Assembly: GCA_040386535.1 (NCBI GenBank)
Contig: JAZKFH010000031.1
Coordinates: 1-19,402 of the forward strand
DNA from: Myxococcota bacterium
GTDB taxonomy: Bacteria > Myxococcota_A > UBA796 > SXON01
Length of the DNA stretch: 19,402 nt
Direction of reading: 5' to 3'
A program made the position numbers and the translations under genes. Under the pieces are notes generated by a model that did not search any database, was not told the origin of the DNA, and saw only the letters and a list, made by a program, of their open reading frames with translations. Below, piece after piece: positions 1-7,464 of the stretch; position 1 is the first letter of the stretch; every line of letters starts with the position of its first letter.

Positions 1-107
1 GCACCCTGCGGGTGACGAACGGCCGGGGTGAGGCGCCACCCCTCGCGTTTGGCACTCTGCGGGTGACCAACGGCCGGGGTGAGGCGCCACCCCTCGCGTT
101 TGGCACC
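1..107. repeat. 51-bp tandem repeat, 2 copies plus a partial copy (may extend left of the window)
   Basis: Units 1-51 and 52-102 differ at 2 positions (gcaccctgcgggtgacgaacggccggggtgaggcgccacccctcgcgtttg). Each contains the inverted repeat ggggtg-N6-cacccc. Confidence 0.9.
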
Positions 108-228
108 GTCCCAGTCGGCCACCCCGCTCTCCCCGCCGCCCTCTCGGCCACGGAGGCACCCCTGTCGAGCAGGTCCCCGCCCGGAGGCCGACGCCGGGTG
201 AGCGACTGGAGTAGACCACACCTCTGCC

Positions 229-404
229 TCCGTGACCGCGTGGCGGCCAAGATCCGCGATCATCCTGGATGATCTGCCATCCGTGACCGCGTGGCGGCCA
301 AGAGCCGCGATCATCCTGGATGATCTGCCCTCCGCGACCGCGTGGCGGCCAAGATCCGCGATCATCCTGGATGATCTGCCCTCCGTGACCGCGTGGCGGC
401 TAAG
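229..404 (+). repeat. 51-bp tandem repeat, 3 full copies plus a partial copy, with internal palindrome
   Basis: Units start at 229, 280, 331, 382 (tccgtgaccgcgtggcggccaagatccgcgatcatcctggatgatctgccm). Each full unit has the perfect inverted repeat gatcatcc-t-ggatgatc. No variable spacers. Confidence 0.95.
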
Positions 405-657
405 GTGGACCATCGCGGGTGGGCCGCCGCTTCGGACGGCCGCGCCAGGCGCCCGGAGGTCGGCCGACCGTCCTCGGGCGGCCGGTCCCCGCCGCCTCGG
501 CGGGACCGCGCGGCTCCGCCGCGTGACCGCAGGGGGCCGACGGGCCCGCGTCCGCGCGGGCCCGGGGCGCCCAGGAACGTGGCGAACGTGGCCCGCGCCG
601 GATGGGCCCCACGACGCGGCCAGGCCCCCGCGTCCCCCGGTGCTATCGTTCCCCGGC

Positions 658-1968
658 ATGTGTATCTCCGTCGTCATCGCCACCATGCTCGTCTGTGCCG
701 GCTCGACCCCCGCGCACGCCGCCCCGCCGCGCGTGCTCGCGTCAAGCCCGAGCGTCGGCGCCGCCCACGTCGACCCCGACCTCGCCGAGATCGTCGTGAC
801 CTACGACCAACCGATGGCGACGGGCTACTCGGTCGTGGGCGCGGGCCCGCACTCTCCACGCGTCGTGGGGGAGTGCTATTGGCGTGACGCCACCACGTTC
901 GTGATGCCCGTGCGGCTCTCGCCCGATTGGGACTACGAGGGGGCCTTCAACTACCCGCCGTTCGAGAAGTTCCGGAACGTGGGAGGGGAGGCCGCGGCGC
1001 CGTATCCGCTGCGCTTCTCCACGGCCGCGGACCCGCGCGCCCGGCCAAGAACGGCGGCGAACCGGCGGTCCTTCGCCGCGCTCCGCGACATTGTCCTGTC
1101 ACGTTATTCCTACCGCGACCGCCTGCCCGTCGACTGGGAGGCGCGCTTCGCGTCGTTCGAGGCGGCGCTGCTAACGAGCCCGTCGGCGCGGTCGTTCGCC
1201 CGCGAGGCCGCCGCGCTGCTCGGCGCCGCGGAAGACGGACACCTCGTGTTGAAGCTGCGCGGCGTGCACTACGCGACCACACCGCCCACGCCCCCTCCCA
1301 ACATGGCCGAGGCGGTGATCCGCGAGGCGGTGCCGGGATGGTCGGAGCACGGCGCCGGTGGCGTGGTGACGGGCCGGTTCGCGGACGGCGTCGGCTACGT
1401 GCTCGTGCGCGAATGGAACGACGCCGCGCGGGCCGCACTCGCGACGTTCTACCGGGCCGTCGCCGCCACCGATCCCGGCCGTGGCCTGATCGTCGACGTA
1501 CGGCCCAACGTCGGCGGGGACGAGACCCTCGCGCTCGCCGTCGCGGGCTGCTTCGTGGCCACGCCCGTCGTGTATGCGCGGGCAAGCGTGCTCCAACGCG
1601 GGAAGTGGCTCGGCCCGTTCGACCGCGCGCTCGCGCCGATCGCCGCGTGCCCCACCTTCCCCGCGGACCGAGTGGTCGTCCTCCAGGGCCCAGCCGCCGC
1701 GAGCAGCAACGAGGGCTTCCTGATGATGATGCGCGCCGCCGGCGCGACGCTCGTGGGCGAGCGCTCCCGCGGCAGCTCCGGGCGCCCCAGCGGCCACGGC
1801 CTCGGGCGCAGGCTCCGCGTGATGGCGCCGACGTGGATCGACACGTGGCCGGACGGCACGGCGCTCGAAGGGGTCGGGATCACGCCCGACGTCACGGTCC
1901 TCACGCCCCCCGCCGCCTCCGACGACCCCGTCCTCGCCTCCGCCCTCGCCCTCCTCCGCTCCCGCTGA
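658..1968 (+). CDS. Secreted S41-family peptidase with N-terminal Ig-like domain
   Basis: S41 motifs: LIVDVRPNVGG (DLRxNxGG), AASSNE (catalytic Ser region), VGERSRG and LEGVGITPD. Start moved to ATG 658 because it gives a signal peptide (MCISVVIATMLVCAGSTPAHA), and the upstream 142 codons read through non-coding repeats. Confidence 0.88.
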   Translation: MCISVVIATMLVCAGSTPAHAAPPRVLASSPSVGAAHVDPDLAEIVVTYDQPMATGYSVVGAGPHSPRVVGECYWRDATTFVMPVRLSPDWDYEGAFNYPPFEKFRNVGGEAAAPYPLRFSTAADPRARPRTAANRRSFAALRDIVLSRYSYRDRLPVDWEARFASFEAALLTSPSARSFAREAAALLGAAEDGHLVLKLRGVHYATTPPTPPPNMAEAVIREAVPGWSEHGAGGVVTGRFADGVGYVLVREWNDAARAALATFYRAVAATDPGRGLIVDVRPNVGGDETLALAVAGCFVATPVVYARASVLQRGKWLGPFDRALAPIAACPTFPADRVVVLQGPAAASSNEGFLMMMRAAGATLVGERSRGSSGRPSGHGLGRRLRVMAPTWIDTWPDGTALEGVGITPDVTVLTPPAASDDPVLASALALLRSR

Positions 1969-2065
1969 CCCGCCACCGCCGACCGCGCGCCCCCCGCCCC
2001 TTCGAGCGCGAGCCGGTGCCCCGTCGCGATCGGTGTCTACCTTGGGCGAGACCCGGACTCACCCC

Positions 2066-3385
2066 ATGACCCTGCGCTTTCCCGACGACGCCCGCTGGCC
2101 AGCCCTGTTCGCCCCCGTCTCCGCGGTGCTCACACGGGCGTTGGAGCGCCTCGATCCGCGCCCCGAGCTCCTGCCGCCGCTGGTCGCCGGCACCCCCGGC
2201 GTGCTGGTCGAGGTCACACCCGACGGGATCGCGCTCGACCCGGCGCTGATCGATCCCACCCTCGCCCCCACGGAGGGGAGCCGCCATCCGATCGACGCGG
2301 CGTGGATCGCGCGCATGCCGGAAGAGGTGCATGGCCTCGCGCTCGACCGATGGCGCCGCGCCGCGGGCGCCGTGCTCGAAGGGGTGGCCCTCGCGGCCAC
2401 ACCCGAGGCGGGCCTGCCCGAGGACGACGGACTGCGGAAGGACCCCAGCGCGCCGCATTGGTGGCGGGCGGCCTGCGCCGCCGAGGCGGCCGACCTCGCG
2501 GCACCCGAGCTGGGGCTCCTCTGGCCCGCGCTGGCCGACTGGCTGGCCACCCCCGAGCGCGGCGTGGATGACGACGCGTACCGCGGCGCGTGGTTCGTGC
2601 GCTGGCGCCGCGTGACCGCCGGCCCGATGTGGATCGTCCATGACCCGGAGACCTGGCTCGCGTTCGGCGCCTGGCTCTACGAGCACGCCGCGACCTTGGC
2701 CCCGCTTCCCCTGCCCGTCGCGAGCGCGGCGCCAGGGCCGTGGTCCGCGGCGCCGCAGTCCTTCCGTCGTGTGCGCGTCACGGCCGGCCCCGCGGGCGCA
2801 CGCGTGACCACCGAGGGCGTGGCGGTGCGCGCCGGAGAGGACGCGAGTGAGCCCGTGCGGCTCCCCGCGGGAGAGCGCGCCACCGTGCTCGTCGGGTCGC
2901 TCCCGGGCGGCGAGGCCTCGGTCGACGTGGCGCCCGCGGGCCCCGTCGGCACGTGGGTGCTGCGCGCCGGGCGCCGGGCCGAGCGTGTGGGCGCCGCGCG
3001 CGGCATGGAGCTCACCCTCAACGCGGACGGCACGGCCGACGTGACCATGGCCGACGCCTTCATCGGCCCCGCCAGCGAGGACGCGCTCGATCTCGCCTCG
3101 CGCTACGGCGTGAGCGGCGTGCTCGTCGGGACGTGGCGCCTCGTGGGTTTTGTGGGCGAGGACTCGGTGATCGAGCTCGGCGCCGTGCGCCCCGAAGCCA
3201 TCACCGTGCACCCGCGCGGGCGCCGCGGCTTCGCGATGCCCGCGGGCCCGATGCTCGGCGCGGCGAAGGGCTGGCTCGACCGCACGGCCGGCACGCGATG
3301 GCGCGTGCGCCGCGCGGACGACGGCATCGAGGCCATCGGCAGCGACCTCGGCGCCACCCTCACGCTCATCTTCGGGCGGGTGTAG
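2066..3385 (+). CDS. Hypothetical protein (helical N-terminal half, beta-rich C-terminal half)
   Basis: Long ORF with strong third-position GC bias and protein-like composition. ATG 2066 chosen over GTG 2033; start uncertain. Confidence 0.8.
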   Translation: MTLRFPDDARWPALFAPVSAVLTRALERLDPRPELLPPLVAGTPGVLVEVTPDGIALDPALIDPTLAPTEGSRHPIDAAWIARMPEEVHGLALDRWRRAAGAVLEGVALAATPEAGLPEDDGLRKDPSAPHWWRAACAAEAADLAAPELGLLWPALADWLATPERGVDDDAYRGAWFVRWRRVTAGPMWIVHDPETWLAFGAWLYEHAATLAPLPLPVASAAPGPWSAAPQSFRRVRVTAGPAGARVTTEGVAVRAGEDASEPVRLPAGERATVLVGSLPGGEASVDVAPAGPVGTWVLRAGRRAERVGAARGMELTLNADGTADVTMADAFIGPASEDALDLASRYGVSGVLVGTWRLVGFVGEDSVIELGAVRPEAITVHPRGRRGFAMPAGPMLGAAKGWLDRTAGTRWRVRRADDGIEAIGSDLGATLTLIFGRV

Positions 3386-3395
3386 TCTCCGCGGC

Positions 3396-3767
3396 ATGTC
3401 CCCTACCGATCCGGTCGCCCCGCGCACCGTCACCGAGCTCGCCACCGCCCAGCTCGCCGCCTACAACGCCGCGGATCTGGACGCCTTCTGCGCGTGTTAC
3501 CACCCCGACGTGACCGTGCTCGGCGCCGACGGGGACGTGCGGTTCGCCGGCCTCGCCGCGTTCCGCGAGCGCTACGGCACCCTCTTCCGCGACTTCACCG
3601 AGGTGCGCGGCACGGTCGACGAACGTGTGACGCTCGGCGCCCACGTGATCGAGCGCGAGGCGTGGTCCCGCGTCGAGCGCGCCACCGGGGCCCGCACGTC
3701 GGGCACCGTGCTCGTTCGTTACACCGAGGCGGACGGGCTGATCCGTTGGGCGCAGTTCTTCGCCTGA
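3396..3767 (+). CDS. NTF2-like / SnoaL-like domain protein
   Basis: 123 aa with the typical pattern QLAAYNAADLDAFCACYHPD...G...FRERY..LF...VIERE...RY....GLI. Confidence 0.88.
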   Translation: MSPTDPVAPRTVTELATAQLAAYNAADLDAFCACYHPDVTVLGADGDVRFAGLAAFRERYGTLFRDFTEVRGTVDERVTLGAHVIEREAWSRVERATGARTSGTVLVRYTEADGLIRWAQFFA

Positions 3768-3788
3768 CCGGCGGTTGGATCCCGGCCG

Positions 3789-5476
3789 CTACCACCGCGT
3801 CGCGTCGTCCCACGGGATCTCGAAGCCGGGGGCCACGAGGATACGGCCGACGAAGCGCTCGGCGCCGCGCCCCCAGTCGGGCTGGCTCCCGAGGATCTCG
3901 GGGAGGCCGTCGCCGTCGAGGTCGACCATGCCACCACCGACGCCCTCGTTGTCACCAATTCCGTAGCAGTAGGGGCGGATCTCTTCGACCATGACGGTGC
4001 CGGATGTAGGGACGCGAAGGCTGGGGATTGCGCAAGCCAGGTACCCGGACGTGGAGTAGGGGTCGTTCAGCAGGACTTCGGGGATTCCGTCACCATCGAG
4101 GTCTTCGGTGAGCTTCTCCTGTGCGCCCGAGCCAAAGGTCATCACGTCGATGCAAGCCAGACCGCCGAGTTGCGCGTCAGGATCACCCGTTCGCAAGCTC
4201 GTGGCGCCCCGAAATGTCGTCACGCAAATGTCCGCGACCCCGTCGCCGGTGACATCCCGGGTCACGGTGAACGCGATGTCGGTGAAGCCGTCGCCGTTCG
4301 CGTCCCCGAGGTCGGAACGACCACTATACAGCCGAAAGCCGATGATCTCGTCGAAGGCCACGGCCTCCACCGCGGACGACAACGGCGTGCCGCTGGCGCC
4401 GTCGCGGAGGGTGTCGACGGGCAGAAAGCCCAAGGTTCTGGTGTCGCCGCGTTGGACACGTTCACCGCCGCCTCGCCGATGCCGTCTCCATCCATGTCCG
4501 GAAGCGTCGCAAACGACGATCCCGCCCCAGTGGCATCGAACCAAGTCTCGTCCGTGATCGTCGCACCATACGGGAGGCCATCCGCGCGCCCCGGGACGAA
4601 GCTTAACGCGGCTTGTTCCCAACCCGTCTCCTCGGTGCCCAATGTGTTGACCAACAGGTCTGCCAGTCCGTCCCCGTCGACGTCGTGCCCTCCGGTGGCG
4701 TCTGCCCCGAACCCGTCGTTGAACGCAGCCTGTTGCCACCATCCGTCGGCGGCATCCGCCAGGTACGCACCGCTCGCAGGCCAGCGCCCTGCAGGCCCAA
4801 GCATCAGGTAGAGCGACCCTCGGTCGCGCGTGCTGGCGATGCTGGTCACGAAAAGGTCCGTCGAGCCGTCGCCGTCGAAGTCGCCGGCGTTACCGAAGTC
4901 GACGGTGTAGTCCAACTCTGGCTCGGAGACCCAGAAGGGGGCGCCCTCAACGGGCGAGCGCACCCCCACGTCCGGGATGTGGCCCGGCAGCAGAACGACG
5001 TTCTGGTTGCACCGCTCCGCTCCGTCGAACCAGACACAATACGCGAAGGCGATGGGGTCAACGACGCCGTCTCCCGTGTAATCCGTGTCGGCCTCATACA
5101 TGTCCAGGGACGAGAGTTGTGCCTCGCCCTCCCACCACCCGATCGCCGCGTCCTCCAGCGGCACGAGCTCCCCACACGAGCCCTCCGGCTGCGCCTCGCC
5201 GTCACAGTCCTGATCGATCGCGTCGCACGCGTCGGGCGCACCCGGATACACGCGGGCGTCGCCATCGTCGCAGTCACCGGCCGCTGGCGACACGCTGTCC
5301 CCATCCACGTCGACGGGGCCAGTGTCGGGGGGCGTGTCGGTCTCCCCCGTGTCGCCCGGGGAGTCGGTCTCCCCGGTGTCGTCCGGGCCGGCGCTGTCGT
5401 CGGTGTCGGCGGTCTCCTCCTTGTCGGGGCGAGCCGTGCCGTCGGGAGGCGCGCATGCCAGGAGGAGGAGGATCAT
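3789..5476 (-). pseudogene. Lipoprotein with one MopE-type metal-binding motif and FG-GAP-like (DxDGDG) repeats, split by a frameshift near 4450
   Basis: From ATG 5476: MILLLLAC lipobox, Asp/Thr linker, DCDDGDARVYPGAPDACDAIDQDCDG, several D.DGDG..D repeats. Protein-like sequence ends near VNVSN (~4455) and continues in another frame (GDTRTLGFLPVD...LGDANGDGFTD...DLDGDGIPE...PWDDATRW, stop 3789). Could be a real lesion or a sequencing error. Confidence 0.78.
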
Positions 5477-5683
5477 GGCGCCTGTATATCCCTCCACGTA
5501 GGGGCGCCCCGCGCGACGCGGCAGGTCGGCTGCGGGCGCGCGGCTGGCGCCGCTTGGTCGGCCGGGAGGGGCATCCGCGTGCCCGGATCACAAGTGCGCC
5601 CGGCCGGACCAGCCGCCAGGGGCGGCTGCCCTCTGCGCCCTTGGCGCAGAAACCCGAACGATGCGACGACGGACCCCCTCGAC

Positions 5684-5834
5684 CACGGACGAAGTCGCCC
5701 CCCCTGTTCGTCAGGTCCCCCGACTTCGTCCGCCACACGGACGATCTCGGCCCCCCTGTTCGTCAGGTCCCCCGACTTCGTCCGCCACACGGACGATCTC
5801 GGCCCCCCTGTTCGTCAGGTCCCCCGACTTCGTC
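5684..5834 (-). repeat. 52-bp tandem repeat, about 3 copies, hairpin-forming
   Basis: ctgttcgtcagg recurs at 5704, 5756 and 5808. The first unit has a perfect 12-bp inverted repeat (cggacgaagtcg...cgacttcgtccg) around an inner cctg-N5-cagg hairpin. Confidence 0.95.
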
Positions 5835-5871
5835 GGTCTCAACGAACTCGTCCAGGGGCGTGACCCCTGAG

Positions 5872-5975
5872 TCGGTGACGCGGCGGCCACCGAGGCGGTA
5901 CCTGCTCGACAGGGGTCGTCTCCATGGCCGCGTGGCGGCCACCGATGCGGGTACCTGCTCGACAGGGGTCGCCCC
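5872..5975 (+). repeat. 52-53-bp tandem repeat, 2 copies
   Basis: ggcggccaccga at 5882 and 5934; ggtacctgctcgacaggggtcg present twice (cctg at 5901 and 5954). Confidence 0.85.
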
Positions 5976-6061
5976 CGCGGCCGCGCGTGCGTCGGGAGAG
6001 CCCCCGCCCCGCACGATACCCCCTGGCACACCCCTTGCTTTGAACGTCGGCGGAGGTCCTC

Positions 6062-6514
6062 ATGTTGCTCTTCATCCTCGGCGGCTGCCACTACCTGTTC
6101 GGTGACCCCGGCAGCGTCATGCCCGACGACACAGGCGGCGCCTGCACGGAGATCGGGTGCACCGACGGCGTGAGCCTCGACTTCTCGCTCCACGAGCCGG
6201 GCGACTACGAGATCACGGCCGTCGCCGGCGGCGGCACCGTGAGCTGCACCGCGTCGCTCCCGTTCACCGGCAGCGAGGCGTGCACCGGCCCCGGCTGGAT
6301 CGGCATCAGCGGCACGGAGCTGCCCGCGGACCAGCAGTCGATCGAAGGGATGTGGCTCGAGACGATCGACGCGGACGACGTGCACCTCACCATCGTCCGC
6401 TCGGGCACCCCCCTCTACGACGACGTGCTCCCCCTCACCTACGACACCGTCGAGCCCAACGGCCCCGACTGTGGCCCGGTGTGCGAGAGCGCGGCGCTCA
6501 CGGTTCCTCTGTAG
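6062..6514 (+). CDS. Small Cys-rich putative lipoprotein, hypothetical
   Basis: GGAGG RBS before ATG, lipobox MLLFILGGC, Cys motifs CTEIGC and PNGPDCGPVC, strong GC3 bias. Confidence 0.85.
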   Translation: MLLFILGGCHYLFGDPGSVMPDDTGGACTEIGCTDGVSLDFSLHEPGDYEITAVAGGGTVSCTASLPFTGSEACTGPGWIGISGTELPADQQSIEGMWLETIDADDVHLTIVRSGTPLYDDVLPLTYDTVEPNGPDCGPVCESAALTVPL

Positions 6515-6755
6515 CGGCGCTCCCAATCCCTCCGACGGTCAGATCCGCCGGGTCGGGTGTGTAATCCAACAGATCCCCCGGCGTACATTCGAGCACGAGG
6601 CACAACTTTGCCAGGGTCTCGAACCGCAGCCCGCGCACCTTTCCGGAGCGGAACAAGGACAGCTGGGTCTCGCTGATGCCGATACGGGCGGCGAGATCCT
6701 TGGCGCGCATCTTTCGGCGCGCGAGCATGACATCCAACGTGACGACGATGGGCAT
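6498..6755 (-). CDS. Cro/C1-type (XRE; YozG-like) helix-turn-helix transcriptional regulator
   Basis: MPIVVTLDVMLARRKMRAKDLAARIGISETQLSLFRSGKVRGLRFETLAKLCLVLECTPGDLL fits the YozG/HTH_26 pattern. Starts 1 bp after the DUF2975 stop codon. Confidence 0.95.
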   Translation of the reverse strand: MPIVVTLDVMLARRKMRAKDLAARIGISETQLSLFRSGKVRGLRFETLAKLCLVLECTPGDLLDYTPDPADLTVGGIGSAATEEP

Positions 6756-6756
6756 G

Positions 6757-7281
6757 TCAGACGAACGCGTCGACTTCGGCCTGCAACACCACGGCCTGGG
6801 CCATCACCTTTCCCAACATCATCAACGCGCCGCCGAGCACGAGGATGACCAGCTCCGGCCCTTCCAGGCGCAGGTCGAGGCCGTTGAAACCCCCCTCCGT
6901 CCAGCGGAGCAGGGTGGGCGCCAGGGCGAGCGCCCACGCGCCGCCCCAGAGCAACGACGCGCCGATCGACGAGAGCCCGGCGGCGTTCGCGGCGGTGAAC
7001 ACCTCGCCGCGGCCCATCCGCGCGAACATCCGCTGCGCCGCCCAGAGGCCGCACAGGTACAGGATCGCCGGGGTGGCCTGGATGGCGCGCACGCCCAGCA
7101 CCTGTACCAGCGCCCACAGCGCGGCCGGATCCCGCACCGAGACCACGGTGGCGATGGGCGGGAACGCGTGCACCACGAGGTTCAGCGCGAGCACGCCCAC
7201 GGCGACGGCGGAGAGCAGCTCCATCCACTCGGCCTGTTCGCGGAGCTTGGAGGGGGCCGAGGCGGCGGCGGGTTGGGTCAC
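6757..7281 (-). CDS. DUF2975-family membrane protein
   Basis: About 4 hydrophobic segments, motif GEVFTAAN, C-terminus VMAQAVVLQAEVDAFV, and the usual pairing with a YozG-like HTH. GTG 7281 follows AGGAGG. Confidence 0.85.
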   Translation of the reverse strand: MTQPAAASAPSKLREQAEWMELLSAVAVGVLALNLVVHAFPPIATVVSVRDPAALWALVQVLGVRAIQATPAILYLCGLWAAQRMFARMGRGEVFTAANAAGLSSIGASLLWGGAWALALAPTLLRWTEGGFNGLDLRLEGPELVILVLGGALMMLGKVMAQAVVLQAEVDAFV

Positions 7282-7310
7282 GAGGGAGCCTCCTGATTTA
7301 GCTCTCACCC

Positions 7311-7339
7311 TGTTTAGTTTAACTAATACTTAAAGTCAA
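7311..7339 (-). promoter_or_regulatory. Sigma70-type promoter of the DUF2975-HTH operon with overlapping palindromic operator
   Basis: Minus strand TTGACT (7339-7334), 17-bp spacer, TAAACA (7316-7311). Perfect inverted repeat TTAGTT-T-AACTAA at 7314-7326. Only strongly AT-rich patch in the window. Confidence 0.8.
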
Positions 7340-7464
7340 GCCGAATGGCCTCCCCAGGGACACGAGGCCAGGGCAGCCGGACGGCGCGGACGCCGCCGCT
7401 GCGGAGGCGGGGTGGGCGAGTGCGCGCCGCGTGCAGGGCGCCCCCGAACGTGCGATAAACCCGC

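Noticed and set aside
229..404. CRISPR array (palindromic repeats at regular spacing); same consideration for 5684-5834
   Set aside because: Units are near-identical over their whole length, there are no unique spacers, and no cas genes are present in the window.
232..657. 142-aa N-terminal extension of the S41 peptidase with 17-aa repeats
   Set aside because: It is read-through of 51-bp DNA repeats and Arg/Pro-rich non-coding sequence. A signal peptide and -10-like box fit ATG 658, and related arrays have a non-triplet 52-bp period.
3950..5130. Diversity-generating retroelement target to explain the atypical composition
   Set aside because: No reverse transcriptase, and no template/variable repeat pair differing at adenines, is visible in the window.
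5498..5510. GTAG-type REP element (gtaggggcgcccc)
   Set aside because: Single short copy with no partner and no RAYT gene in the window; may be chance in GC-rich DNA.
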